Part shown: positions 25,621 to 40,143 of the stretch, piece by piece
Numbering within the stretch: the first letter of the stretch is position 1
Layout: each line of letters begins with the position of its first letter
From: Octopus bimaculoides
Taxonomy: Eukaryota
DNA length: 64,000 nucleotides
NCBI RefSeq assembly: GCF_001194135.2
Contig: NC_069001.1
Coordinates: forward strand, 39,814,593-39,878,592
Direction of reading: 5' to 3'
Program-made: the position numbers and the translations under genes
Notes under the pieces: generated by a model
What the model was told of the DNA's origin: nothing
The model's database searches: none
What the model saw: the letters and a program-made list of their open reading frames with translations, nothing else

Positions 25621-27734
25621 CTAAAAAGCGTTTTTTCTCCAACCCTCTAAACAATTCTACCTCAGATATTTCTATCACATCCACTTTTGCCTCTTTCTTT
25701 TCCATTCAATAACAAAACCACAAAAATCTTCTGATTCTCTCACATAGTTTAGATGAACATTGTTTCGCATCACCTTCACTGTTTCTTGACAAACACTACA
25801 AGGAAATCACTTAATACTACAGCATTGATTTATCTTTCTTTTGCTTTGTACAAATCTCGCATGATTTTTTAAATCCATTAAAATATTATTGATCCTTTAG
25901 GAATTACCTTGGGGATAATTAAGATACTAATTATGTCAAAATTACTCCAATAAGGAAGAGAAAAACTAATTATTGATGTTAATGACAAAACTTATCAAGA
26001 AAGACAAAAATGATGAATAAAAATTAAATGTGGACATTCAGTGGCAAGGAGTTTGATCATGTCTAAGTACACCTTAGACTGTACATCTCTGATGAGGTCT
26101 AATAAGAATGAAACATGTAAGACATTGTATCCACGTCTATCAAAGTTCAATTCATTCTTCCATCCCACAGTATCTCTTCATTTAATTCTCATAAATTTAT
26201 CAGAGTTGTCCTTCTTGCCATTTTTGATAAGAATTGTCAACATAAATGAGTTTCCTTCTCATTATGGCTGTAATTTTAAATTGATTAAACATTTTTTCAG
26301 TTCACTACATTTAGTACATTAGCTCATGCACTTAACTATATATACTTATAGCAGAAAGTATCCCAAGGACATTCTCCTCTGTTAGAATCATTTCAACATC
26401 AGCATTTATTGAATGCTTTTTTTTATATATATATTTTGAATTCTCAGATTTCATAAATCTTTTTAAGCTTATTTCAGTTTTTTTTTTTTTCCATCAGAAT
26501 GTTTTCCAATTCTTCAGACAAATTCTAAGTGAATGTTATTTGCAAATCTTTTATTTAGTACATATGAATGCCCAATCATCTTCCTTTATTTTACAAAAGA
26601 CAACTTGAATCTATATCTGCTTTGAATTGTTTTTTAAGAAATTAATGATGGAACTCATATGCCTACATTTTTAATATTTATTAATATCTTTCTAAAATTC
26701 AACAACATAATCTTTTGATAAATAGCATGTGCACCCTTCAAACTTTACCAGTTTTCCATTAAATTATTTTGAAAAAATTAAAAATGATAATTACGTACAT
26801 CTTTCTCATTACCTGCATGTCCAGATTTTATGCAAATTTTATGCTTAAAAATATTTTTGCATCCTGAGTAAATGAAGTCCTTTTTAATAATTAGAAAACA
26901 TTTCAATTTTCAATTTATAGATATTATTAAATTCAATTTTTAATGCTATAAATTATCCAACAAGGGCCAACTGTCATCATAGATTGTCTAGTTTCATTAG
27001 TGTGAGTTTTATCCTGCCACCACGGTTTCTGGGGTCCAAATAAACTGTTATTGACATTATCCCTCTCTCCCTCAGTAAACAAGAAACACCTAAAATTTAC
27101 TGACTGAAGATTGCATGGTTTATTATAGTTTTGTTTAGTTTATTTATCATTCCTGATTGATAGATCAGTTGTGATTGATTGATCAGTTTTAGATCAGTCA
27201 TTCATACTTTCCTTTGATTGACCAAAACTTTGACAGTGGAATTTGGTCAATGGAAACTAGGTGACAGCCTCTACTGCTCATAAGTAATAGACTTTAATTT
27301 GTCACCTATTTTAGTCTTTAATCTGTCACCTGTTTTAGTCCCACTCTTTAGTCTTTGGGTATCTTTAATAAATTTCATTCTGTTACAAGCATTCAGGTTA
27401 GGTTTCAAGTCTAAGGACAACTTCCTACTTTCTTTTCAGAGGCCCTGAAAGGGGTCATTCATGAGCCCTGTTGTTCTGCTTCTTAATAAGTCATAAAAAT
27501 AAATACAGCTTCAACTGGACGAAATAAAGAAGACATTTAAATTTAGAGTAGATGTTTTGCTTCTTAGCCTTCCATTCCTGTTATTATTTTGTATCTCTCT
27601 CACATATTTCCATTAGTTCTCAAATCATCCCAAAATTAAGAGTGTTGGCAGAGTTGCCAGAGAATTTGTGTTGGGAGACACAATAAGGAAGCTTGTGTTG
27701 GGATTTCCTTTCATTCTTGAGCAAATATAAGGAA

Positions 27735-27854
27735 CTAGCAGTATAACCCGGCTTTGCCCGGGATTAAGTTAGGATTATTAAGCTAATCAAGTTCTTTATT
27801 CCAAACCAAACTAAGTAACATTGACGTCAAATTTGGGCGAAATCCGTTGAAATT

Positions 27855-27925
<71 letters not shown>

Positions 27926-29245
27926 NNNNNNNNNNNNNNNNNNNNNNNNNNNNNNNNNNNNNNNNNNNNNNNNNNNNNNNNNNNNNNNNNNNNNNNNNNN
28001 NNNNNNNNNNNNNNNNNNNNNNNNNNNNNNNNNNNNNNNNNNNNNNNNNNNNNNNNNNNNNNNNNNNNNNNNNNNNNNNNNNNNNNNNNNNNNNNNNNNN
28101 NNNNNNNNNNNNNNNNNNNNNNNNNNNNNNNNNNNNNNNNNNNNNNNNNNNNNNNNNNNNNNNNNNNNNNNNNNNNNNNNNNNNNNNNNNNNNNNNNNNN
28201 NNNNNNNNNNNNNNNNNNNNNNNNNNNNNNNNNNNNNNNNNNNNNNNNNNNNNNNNNNNNNNNNNNNNNNNNNNNNNNNNNNNNNNNNNNNNNNNNNNNN
28301 NNNNNNNNNNNNNNNNNNNNNNNNNNNNNNNNNNNNNNNNNNNNNNNNNNNNNNNNNNNNNNNNNNNNNNNNNNNNNNNNNNNNNNNNNNNNNNNNNNNN
28401 NNNNNNNNNNNNNNNNNNNNNNNNNNNNNNNNNNNNNNNNNNNNNNNNNNNNNNNNNNNNNNNNNNNNNNNNNNNNNNNNNNNNNNNNNNNNNNNNNNNN
28501 NNNNNNNNNNNNNNNNNNNNNNNNNNNNNNNNNNNNNNNNNNNNNNNNNNNNNNNNNNNNNNNNNNNNNNNNNNNNNNNNNNNNNNNNNNNNNNNNNNNN
28601 NNNNNNNNNNNNNNNNNNNNNNNNNNNNNNNNNNNNNNNNNNNNNNNNNNNNNNNNNNNNNNNNNNNNNNNNNNNNNNNNNNNNNNNNNNNNNNNNNNNN
28701 NNNNNNNNNNNNNNNNNNNNNNNNNNNNNNNNNNNNNNNNNNNNNNNNNNNNNNNNNNNNNNNNNNNNNNNNNNNNNNNNNNNNNNNNNNNNNNNNNNNN
28801 NNNNNNNNNNNNNNNNNNNNNNNNNNNNNNNNNNNNNNNNNNNNNNNNNNNNNTATATATATATATATATATATGTGGGCAACACACACACACACGTACG
28901 TACATACACCTATTGCATACATGTTTGTGTACATGTGTGTTGCCCGTATATCAACAAAACACTTTTTTCCTTGATGGAAAAAAAATAACAAAAGTCTTAA
29001 AAACTCGTCGCTAGCAGGGGACTTAACTCTTGTTTGTAAACAATTGTGATTTCTCCGACTTGAAAATTGTTAAAAGTTTTGGTTGAAAATTTATTCACTG
29101 GTGCCTCTGGGAAAAATAAGTTGATGAAAATACAGCTAGGGTCATGACAAATGTCCTAAAATTGGAGCCACATGCATGCTAATTTGTGGACGTGCATAAA
29201 TTACATTCACACACACGCACACATCCTGCCTTTTATATATACAGA
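27735..29245 (-). mobile_element. Non-autonomous Helitron spanning an assembly gap
   Basis: Minus strand 5' end is A|TCTGTATATATAAAAGG. The 3' end is hairpin CCCGG-GCAAAG-CCGGG, 8 nt, then CTAG|T. These are canonical TC...CTRR termini in an AT target. Confidence 0.7.
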
Positions 29246-29732
29246 TGATTACCAAAGCTTCTCACAAATATTGGTTTGATGCGAATCATGATGGACAAGT
29301 ACTGTTAAATGTTAATTACATACAACTACAAAAATACATTGCTACACACCACCATGCACTTTTAGCTGCTGCTATTTATGATATTAGAATATTTATTTAA
29401 TATTTGGTGCTGTCTTTTGCTAGTTTCAACTGACAGGTTTCTGTGAGGTGGACAATGATAAAATTATAACAGTTATAACTGTCTCTCTCTTAAAAAAGAG
29501 GCTCAAAACTTCAGGAATCTACCTTGTATATAGTTTTAATGAAGTACAGAAAATGTATATGCTATGTTATACTTTATAAAACATAAATATATTTCCATGT
29601 GTATGTTTTATAAATTTTTATGTCTAATGGAATTAAAAATTATTTTTATGCATTTGTGTACATTTAAACTAATTAAATATTATTTTACAGAATAACAGAA
29701 TTAAAATTTCTTTGATTAAGACCCTTTCTAAC

Positions 29733-30729
29733 ATGGAAGTATCCAAAGAGCATTTGAGGCACATAATGCTTTATGAGTACAAAAAGAGAAACTCTGCAGC
29801 CGAAGCGACTCAAAACATGCACTCAGTTTATGGGAAAGAATGCTTGAATGAAAGAACTTGCAGAAGATGGTTTGCGAAATTCAGAAGTGGAGATTTCAGC
29901 CTTGAAGATGAAGATCAAATAGGACGTCCAGTTNNNNNNNNNNNNNNNNNNNNNNNNNNNNNNNNNNNNNNNNNNNNNNNNNNNNNNNNNNNNNNNNNNN
30001 NNNNNNNNNNNNNNNNNNNNNNNNNNNNNNNNNNNNNNNNNNNNNNNNNNNNNNNNNNNNNNNNNNNNNNNNNNNNNNNNNNNNNNNNNNNNNNNNNNNN
30101 NNNNNNNNNNNNNNNNNNNNNNNNNNNNNNNNNNNNNNNNNNNNNNNNNNNNNNNNAACAGTGGCTTGGTATAAGGGAAAAAGCTCAACCACAACCAAGA
30201 AGGGAACTTCATGGGGAAAAGGTACTTCTCTCTATCTGGTGGGATTGCAAAGGAGTAATTCACTTTGAATTGTTACCACCTAATGCAACAATCAATGCTT
30301 AAGTCTACTGTCAGCAATTAGAGTGTTTGAACCAAGCTTTGAAGAAAAAAAGACCCGCTTTAGTGAATCAAAAAGGAGTGATGTTTTATCATGACAATGC
30401 ACGACCCCACACTGCAAAGATCACATCACAGAAGATCGAAGAGTTTGGTTGGAAAAAAATTCCTCATCCACCTTATTCTCCCGACCTTGATCCTCCAAAC
30501 TACCATTTGTTTCGTAGTTTAATGAATCATTTGAGGGACATAACTTTCGCAGGAGGAAGTCGAAACTGATATTTCAGAGTTGTTCACTTTGAAAGCTTGT
30601 AAATAGATGGGAGGAAGTCATAGATAATCAGGGAAAGTACATTGAGGATGAAATTTCAATTAAATATAACATTTGATCACTTGTTTTCTTTATTCAAAAT
30701 TCGGACAGAACTTATGGGATGACCTGATA
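29733..30729 (+). mobile_element. Defective mariner (Mos1/Hsmar-like) element with right TIR
   Basis: MEVSKEHLRHIMLYEY...WFAKFRSGDFSLED, KVLLSIWWD, HDNARPH and HPPYSPDL motifs. In-frame TAA at 30300, frameshift near 30540. TIR-like end GGACAGAACTTATGGGATGACCTGA followed by TA. Left TIR not seen. Confidence 0.9.
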
Positions 30730-30992
30730 TATATATATATCACACACAAGCGCGCATGGTTGAAAAGTACTGAAGATAGAGTTTGTATATTTTCTTTTAT
30801 TGTGAGCTGAAATATCTGATGAGCAACTTGCGTTGTGATTTGTGAAGTTTCAGCTATATACATTGGGTTAATGTATTTGTGTATATCACTGTGGTATTTT
30901 GCATATATTTTAAGATGCAGTTAATGTATGATAGTCTTGTTTTACATTGTTTAATGTTAATATAAATTTTTTTTCTTTTTTGTCTTCCTAAG

Positions 30993-31864
30993 GAAAACAC
31001 GATGACAGCCTTAGTGTTCCTACTTCTCCTCAAATGCGTGGAAGAAGTCGTGGTCGTCACAGACCCCCACTACAGCAGCAGGGGCAGATACTTGGTTCAC
31101 CTCTTCCAAGTCCAACAGCTCGGAGAAAAGAGCCAACATTCTACAGATCTACATCCTTAGAAAACCGTTCTAGAAGCCCTTCCCCAAATCTCACTCCAAC
31201 ACCCATGCTACATCAACATGAATATTATGGATCTGCAAACTTAACGGACCGATCAAGAAGTCCAAGCCCTGGTCCCACAGTGACACAGCCAAGAAAAGCT
31301 ACTCGTAAACTACCAGCAGTTCCCAGCAAGCCTTCAACTTTAAACCTTGCTCAAACTCGACCCCGTGACAATATGCCCCGGGTCATGCCATCACCAACTG
31401 TCCCACAGCCATCAAAGAGCCCTGGTAGCATAAACTTCCCTAGACTAAATGCATCACCTACTCACATTCCAAGAATAGGACCTACAGTTGGACAGGCCCC
31501 TCCTTTAGGACGACTTGGTCGACCAGAGCCCTATAGTCCAACAGAAAGGAATAGTTTAAGTAAATTAAGTCCTGAAAGAAGTAGAACTTTACCTGCTACT
31601 CAAAGGACTAGCAACAGGGATTTTAGTAGAGCAGTAGACCCTTATGTTTCACACAGAAGTAGAACGTTTGATCCACGCATAAATAACAGAGGACGCTATT
31701 TTGAAGATCCATCTCTAAGTGTTCACATGTCAGATCGACGTACTGAAACTTTACCAAATGGATTCAAACCAAAGAAACGTAAACCAGAAAATTTGGACAT
31801 GTGTGGAGATGGTACAGGTGGTCCTGTCCGTCATGATTCAGATGAAGACGATGACTGGTGTTAA
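30993..31864 (+). CDS. cac: Terminal coding exon of CaV2 (cacophony/UNC-2/CACNA1A-B-like) ending ...RHDSDEDDDWC*
   Basis: Pyrimidine tract plus CCTAAG| acceptor in phase 1, matching the 17734 donor. Motifs RSRSPSP, RKLPAVPSKPSTL, INFPRLNASPTH, NGFKPK and C-terminal DDWC are characteristic of invertebrate CaV2 tails. Confidence 0.95.
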
Positions 31865-32711
31865 GGTAACCAGATGTTTAGGAATTTATTGTATTTTTGT
31901 ATTCTGCTGCACAGTTCACCTGTGGTTTCACACGACCACAGACACTGGATTTCAGAACTGTTATTATTGGATTTGTAACTTGTCATTGGCAGTGACCAGA
32001 AATTACTGGACAGTTATTTGCCAAGTGTTATGAGTTTAGAAATCTAATTCTTGTTGAAAGTGTGTCCCTATGTTGGATTCTAGCTGGTAGTACCTGGGTA
32101 TCTAAATTGTTGGCCACAGTGTCAATCATTGATAAAATTTGCACGTGCTAGACCTGTGAATGAAACCAGAAAAAAAAAAAAGAAAAGCTTTAATTCAAAA
32201 TTGCATTAAAGAGCTGGTTGTCTCCAAAGGAGACAGGTGATAATGTAACTTGTTATGGGGAAGAATGTTGTGACACATTTAATGTGTCCTAAAAAGATAA
32301 AAATGTTTTTACATGATCCTTAAAAATGGTTAAATTGATACGTCATCAATAAGTTCATGTCCAAAAATGATCGCTCTTTAACAATAACAACAACAACAAA
32401 ATTGTTTTGTTTTTTTTTAAACTTTTTTTTCTTCTTCCATCTGCCATTTTTGACTAAATATGTCCTCCCAAATTTCAAGCTTAGTTGTCAATTAAATCCA
32501 GTTGTGTTCTGCTATCTCTGCTTAAAAAAAAATAATAAAATAAAATAAAGAATAAACGAAACCAACTTCCCACCTCATGTTAACAACTGCCAGCTAGCCA
32601 TGCCCATCATGTATTATCCCCACCCTGCCCCCAAATGTTTATTCGAAATCTACACAGGATTAAAATATTCATAAAAATAAATAACAGGATATTAAAACCA
32701 AATCAGCAATA

Positions 32712-32743
<32 letters not shown>

Positions 32744-35100
32744 CATGTTGGTAGCCACCACCATATATGGGTCTATATTCTGCTAAGCAGGCGTAACATG
32801 CAACATCTACTAACATAATAATAATAATAATAATAATAATGATGATGATGATTGGAAAAAAATACTTTCTAATTCTAAATATTTTAATTTTAGGTAAATT
32901 AAAGTTTGTAATGTTTCAGTGAATTCAATTCATAAGATTTTGTATTTCTTTGTTTTCTTCAGTTAAACAGAAATGCAAACTGATTAAGAAATTAATTAAA
33001 GGTAATTAGGTCATGAAATCTTGCAGCCAGAATTACTTTCACTACCTCACCTGCCAATAATGTTTTGTTGTTTTTTTTCCTTGCAAAAATCATTAACTTA
33101 TTGTTTAATTTATATTGATATTAAATATTATCTAATCACTGTTATTGTTAATTGTTAATGTTACTTTATTAACACCATTGTTGGGGAATCTATAATTATT
33201 ATTATTATTAAAGGCAGTGGTGATGGCTCAGTTAGTAAAGGGTCGGTGTTGCTTTACGAGAATCTCTCAGCTCCTGTGTTTCACATGTCTAAATAACTCT
33301 GCGGACCAAGGTTACGGGACCCAATTGCCCTTCTTCATTTACAAAATTTGTTATTTGAATTGCGAAAGTCAATATTATTATTATTATTATTATTATTGCC
33401 AACAGCATTATCATTGTTGTTGTTGCTGTTGTTATTCTGTTGCTACGCAGTGTTGGTATTGTACCCAGTTTAATTATGCTTCCTGTTCTTAAGTTGTATT
33501 GATGACTTTCTGGATTAATATTATTATTATTATTATTATTTAGAAATCTATTTTTCAATACCTCTTCACAAAAAAATCTGAGTTTTCACACATAATTAAT
33601 TACCATTACCATCATCTTCATCAAAATAATCATTTTCATCTAAATCTTCATCATCATCGTCATTGTTATCGTAAGAATTATGACAGTGGAATTCGTATAA
33701 TGCTCTACTGCGTCGAGTTCAGTGTGTGCTGCTATTCGGTTTCAAATCAAACCAAGTTTGAATTTGTCTTTTATCCCTCCAGGGTCAATAAAATAGGTAC
33801 CAGTAAAATATTGGTGCAATTGACTGTATACTCCCGCTCTCCCTCTCCTCCTCCTCCTCCTTACAAACATTGGCATAGTGCCTCATCAAAAGAAATTATT
33901 ATTTACTGTTATGACCATCATCATCACGATGCTGATGATGATGATCATTATTGTTATTCTCATTATTTTAAATGAATTGTTGTAGATGATGAAATGCAGA
34001 TTGAGATAGTTTATTGATCTAGGGTAATACCTTGTGTTAGTATTCACATCCTGGTGGGATTGATCTTTGTGACTGTTTAAGTGAATACTAGTAATAGGTC
34101 AATAATCTCTACCATTTTCCCTTGTGGGCCTTGTGCCTAAGCAGAAGAAATTATTATTAAAGATGATAAACAAACTAATTAATTATAGTTTGTTTTTTTA
34201 ATTAATTGGTACCTAACATTCTATATATTCTAAGTTTGAAAGTTTGTTGCCATTCTTCTCTCATTTTCAAATTAAATGTTATTGAAAAAACAAATAAAAA
34301 TCAACAATGCACCTTTCCTTCAAACTAAAACCCATCTTAGTTCTCACCTTGAAAAACACTAAAAAAAATATCCTTTTTTATTTCAATCCCTGACTTACAA
34401 TATTATCATTTTTCTTTTTCTTTTTGTTTATTTTCTGGGTTCCACCATTTCTTAAATACATGCGCTACCCACTCCCTATTAATTCTTGTCTATTTTTTTT
34501 TGTTTTTTTAAGAAGTTGTTGTTGTTGTTGTTGTTATGTTTCTGTAATGATCATCGTTTGGAAAGGTAAATTGTGTGTTATAAATAGCACAAGTCTTAGC
34601 ACGAGGTAAACGGTGTCAAACTTGGCGGAAATACATTTACAACAACCATTTACATATCACAAATACACACACACACACATACATATACACATACACACCA
34701 TTCATTTTGTGCAAACTGTTTTCTAATTTTTTTTTTCTTCTTCAGTGCTAAATAATCTCCTGTTCCATGTTTCGTTATTTTGTCAAGAAAGTTGGTGAAT
34801 GTGTCCATTACTCAAAGAGGTTTTACTATTATTCCTGTGCCTCAGTCTTGCGATAATGGCAGTTGCCTTTTCTTAGTTTCTTTTTTTTTATTATTTGACA
34901 GCTTTTTTGTATTTCTTCCAATACAAATGTACATTTCTAATTGGTCACGTAACTTTTAAACTACATTAAAAACAAAACACATTATTGATCATTCATGCTG
35001 ATAGTTTATTTTATAAACAGGACACGGGTACCTAAAACTAAAAACATGCAGAGAGGTACGTTAACAAAAAAAAAAATAATAATAAATAAAAGAAAATATT
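31865..35100 (+). other. Probable long 3' UTR of CaV2; true end uncertain
   Basis: Follows the stop codon. AU-rich, with AATAAA clusters near 32530-32560 and 35080-35090. Confidence 0.4.
33690..33900 (+). mobile_element. Degenerate SINE in the putative 3' UTR
   Basis: TTTGTCTTTTATCCCTCCAGGGTCAATAAAATAGGTACCAG is related to the SINE core. Confidence 0.5.
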
Positions 35101-37015
35101 AATCTTTCAAACATTCCTTGCTAGTATTTTTGCCATTGTATGTTCTAACAGACTTCTTGCTTCACTGAAATAGCAAGGCTGTCAGAACGAAACGAGGTAG
35201 AATTTTATCTGCATCAAAAGATTTTGTTTTCCATAAAGAATCATCAAAATTATCATTGCAAATATTACATAACTTTATGGCACTCACTTCAAGGATCTTT
35301 TTAAACATTTAATATAATTGATAGATTAATTACATATTTCTCCTATTTAATATAGATTAGTTACTTCTAATAATTGTGTGGTGGCAGGGTACCTAGTCTC
35401 TGGATAAAATATATGTAGCATATTTATTTATCTTTTAAATCTAACTTTTAATAACAAGCAATCAGTTATCAATTGTCCCTGACAACATAATTATTTTTAG
35501 ACTAGACAATAATGTCTGTACACCTCAGCATTGTTCTATATTAAGGTAAAATAATACAAAAAATTAAGAATATTAATTTTTGATAACAGCTGTATTAAGT
35601 TATTTTCTCAGCAGATTATTTCAAGATTGGATAATTAAAATAAAAATAAAAAAACAAACAAACAAGTATATTGTTTCTCTGTAGAGGGATTACCATTTAA
35701 GCCAATAATTGGCTTAACACAGCCTTCTCTTATCCTGCCAGAAGATAATATGGCAGTTTCTTGCCATTTTATTTAGTATTTCTTTGTTAATCTTTCAGAG
35801 ACTCATCTTGCAAAATAAACTTTGTTCATTTAGTAATCCTAACCCTGGATTAGCATCAAGGGATAGCTGGGATTTTTGAAATAAGCAAACTGTGAATCAG
35901 GACCCTTTATCGCACAAACTTTGTCAGCTTTCTACTGAATGAACTGTTCTGGAATGTCATTTAGGTGACTGTCATTCCAGAGCAGTGAATACTCTACAGA
36001 TTGAAATAATGTTCCAGGTATCTGATAGCTATTCTAGCTTATCCAAAATGAATGAAATAATCTGTAAACCTACATTTATCAAGTTTTAACTACTTTAGTA
36101 GGTAGTACTGACACAAGGATAATTTTCTGTGTGTGCATGTGTGTGTATACATGTATACATATACAGACAAGGATGTGTATATGTGTACATATACATGTAT
36201 ACACCTTCATACATACTAGTGACAATAATACTTGCACACACAGACACATATATATTCAAATTCCAGTTAAAAGTTAGTTATTACAAATTGTAGTTGTTGT
36301 TCTTCTTACTACTGCTACTACTACTACTACAAGATAGTTATAGATACTTACCATTTTTATTATCTGAGTAAGCAATAATTAGTGTATCCTGTAGAAACTG
36401 TTTAGTAATTGAATAAGAGAGACTGAATCAATGTGAAAATACATTTATTATTTAAATAGAGGTTTTTTTTAAAATTTCATTTAATTTTTCATCCACAATC
36501 CTGCCACTTGAGTAAATGTTTTCNNNNNNNNNNNNNNNNNNNNNNNNNNNNNNNNNNNNNNNNNNNNNNNNNNNNNNNNNNNNNNNNNNNNNNNNNNNNN
36601 NNNNNNNNNNNNNNNNNNNNNNNNNNNNNNNNNNNNNNNNNNNNNNNNNNNNNNNNNNNNNNNNNNNNNNNNNNNNNNNNNNNNNNNNNNNNNNNNNNNN
36701 NNNNNNNNNNNNNNNNNNNNNNNNNNNNNNNNNNNNNNNNNNNNNNNNNNNNNNNNNNNNNNNNNNNNNNNNNNNNNNNNNNNNNNNNNNNNNNNNNNNN
36801 NNNNNNNNNNNNNNNNNNNNNNNNNNNNNNNNNNNNNNNNNNNNNNNNNNNNNNNNNNNNNNNNNNNNNNNNNNNNNNNNNNNNNNNNNNNNNNNNNNNN
36901 NNNNNNNNNNNNNNNNNNNNNNNNNNNNNNNNNNNNNNNNNNNNNNNNNNNNNNNNNNNNNNNNNNNNNNNNNNNNNNNNNNNNNNNNNNNNNNNNNNNN
37001 NNNNNNNNNNNNNNN

Positions 37016-37058
<43 letters not shown>

Positions 37059-38039
37059 AGTGATCTTCTGCACAGTTTCTGTCTAGCAAATTCTAATATG
37101 GCATTGGTCAAGCTAATGCCATGGTGCATGAAATTTGTCCAAAGTGCTGCTGCTCTGAGGAATGGAACTACTTGATCATGAAATGAATTTCTTAGCCATT
37201 CAGTCACATCTACATTTAGAGTTAATAGAATTTAATTTTATTCACGTCATATATTGGAAAGTTTCAATATAATAATAATAGTAATAGTAATAATAATGAT
37301 AATAATAGTAATAATAATAATGTTCGCTTCCTAAAGTTCCGAGCAATATTATTGTATCTAAATTGTAGTGGGAGAAATTGAAAAGAATTGTTTTATATTA
37401 TTAAATAAAAATGTCTATTTTTTTGGTTTAAAAGAAAGGAAGATATAACATTGACCCTCAAAGATCTTTTATTGAAGAAAAATTATTTTTGATTTATACA
37501 AAATGTTCCAACCTGTTTGATTCCTTTGATGGCTGTTGAAGCCTTTGAAGAAAGGTGAAAAATGTGTGGTTGGACAATATCTGTGATATGACATTATGTT
37601 AGGAACTGGCTCATCAGAGATGTTCAGCCATATATACATGTTTCAGTTCTAGTGTTGCTCATATTGCCTGCGGTGAAGCCATTAGAAGCCATACAGCTAA
37701 AACATGAAATGTAATCATAAATGTTACACTAGAAACTATATCACTTTTTTCATTCAGCAAATTTATTGAAATTACTATTTATTTTTATCTTTATTTATTG
37801 TAGGGGCAAAAAAAAAATATAACAAAATTTTTAAGAAATCTAATACCAAATAATTCTAGTTGGATCTGTAGAAATGTAGATACCAAATAAATATTCTGTA
37901 GACAAAAAAAGGACATCTAAATAATTATCAAAGATTTTGGCAATTTTATTTAAATAACTTTTTTTTCTGAAAGACCTTTTATTTTCTACTACTACTACTA
38001 TATTTGCTGCTGAATTACCAGTCTCTATAAGTTGCGTGA

Positions 38040-39957
38040 TCATTAGAAATGTATATATGTATTCACACACAAACAATATTTGTATATGTTCTCACATTTA
38101 TGTACATCGTATACATATAGTTGTATATTATATATACATAAATGGATATAGTTGATATGTGTTTATATTTTTATTATACATATATAGCATACACTAAATA
38201 TATATATGTGTGTGTGTGTGTATTTGTACTGTAATGTGTGTTTGTGTACATCTATGTATTTGTGTGTGCATATATATATATACAATGTGTACACAGACAT
38301 ATACATTAATACGCACACACACACATATGTACACTTATATAATACATACATATATTGAGTAATATATATATATATATATATGCGTGTGTGTGTGTGTGTG
38401 TGTGTGTGCACATATGTAATACATATGTATATTTGTGTGTGTGTATGTATGTATATATATATATATATATATATATACATACACATGTGCACTTATATAA
38501 TATGTATGTATGAATATATATGTGTGTGTGCGCATATATATTTTTTACAAGGTGACTAACATCAGTGGTTTGCCAAATCTGGCTTTTCATAGATGTGTGT
38601 ATGTATACATTTATATATATATACATATATGCATATGTATACATTTATATATATGTTCATATCTGTATATAGAGTGTGTGATTATATACATGTGTGTGTA
38701 CATGTATGTATGTGTATATATGTATATGTATGTATGTATATGCATATATACATATATAGGCAATTTGATGTTGTTTGTTGTGAAGATTTCTGAAAGGTTA
38801 AACAAGCGACCACTTTCTGAAACAACATGAAATCTGCCCTGCCAAAATATGCCTGCCTACCTGACAAGCTAGTAAGACATTAAACATAAACATACTACAC
38901 ACATTTCAAATATATACTCATCTGACTTTTATTTCAGGAATAATTCCACTTATAAATGTTTCTCCCAATATTAGTGAGAAATCACCATCCAATGAGAATT
39001 ATTATTTAAAAAAAAAAAGTGAAAAAAAAAAACATCCAAAATGCTGAATGCTCCCGCAGAAAAAAAAAATGTGGAGCTTTTGCTAAGAAATAAACAAAAA
39101 AAAAAGAGGCTGTGATTGTAATTTAATGAAATAATTAATCAATTAATCTACTTCCATTAATATTGCCTAGTAACTCTGTGTAACAGAATTGTTTTTATCT
39201 GGAAATTTTAATGGATGTTAATTATTTAAAATTTGAATGGTCCTTTTCCATTAATTGTCCTAAAACAGTCACTCTCCTTAGAGTCCAAAATTTGATGAAA
39301 TATTTCCTCTCAAAATGGTTAGTTATGATTTTTTATATGTATCTATATAATTATCTTAATTAACTGTTCTACTAATTGGTGTGTTCTTATTGTATTATAT
39401 TACAATCTCCTTTTTATTTCCCTATCCTACAACTATTTCACTCTAACCTGTTTTATGCATTATGGAGTGAGCAACATGGGGACATACTAAACTCCAAACT
39501 ATAAATATTATTAAATAAGATACAAATAAAAGTTAAAAAATAGTTTAAAAAAAAAAAATGAAAGGTTTAAAGAGAAAGGCACAAAAAAAAAGGAGAGAAT
39601 AGAATTGAGTCTAACTTTATTTGGTGGTTTCAGTGCAGACATTGTCCAAATGCAGTCAACATATTTCTCCATTAACGGTGAATTCTTCAGTATAAAATCT
39701 ACAGCATTAAATAAGTCCTATTCAACTCTGTCATTCCTAAACTTCACTTCTGTTAATATTTTATTCTACCCTATGCACAACTAACTATATCTTAATCAAT
39801 TCAATCTAAGATTGATGAATAATTTAGAAGTTTTAATAACTTACAAAACCAATTCTTTACTGTCTTCATTCAATTGACTTCCCAGCATGCAATAGGTAAT
39901 GTGGTTCAAGTCACCAACCTAATTAAAATAAATAGCAGCTTTATTTCTAAATTATTA

Positions 39958-39989
<32 letters not shown>

Positions 39990-40092
39990 GTTGTTGTTGT
40001 TGTTGCTATTGTTGTTGTTTCCATTATTTCTTCAAACAATAACTTAACAAAAAACAATTGATATTACTAATTTTATTACATTTATGTGTGTA

Positions 40093-40143
<51 letters not shown>

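Noticed and set aside
27811-29014. Long ORFs over N-gaps (also 36452-37207 and 50959-52210)
   Set aside because: They consist of X runs and (AT)n translations.
31719-32033. 104-aa ORF overlapping the CaV2 stop
   Set aside because: It is an alternative frame running into the 3' UTR with no coding signature.
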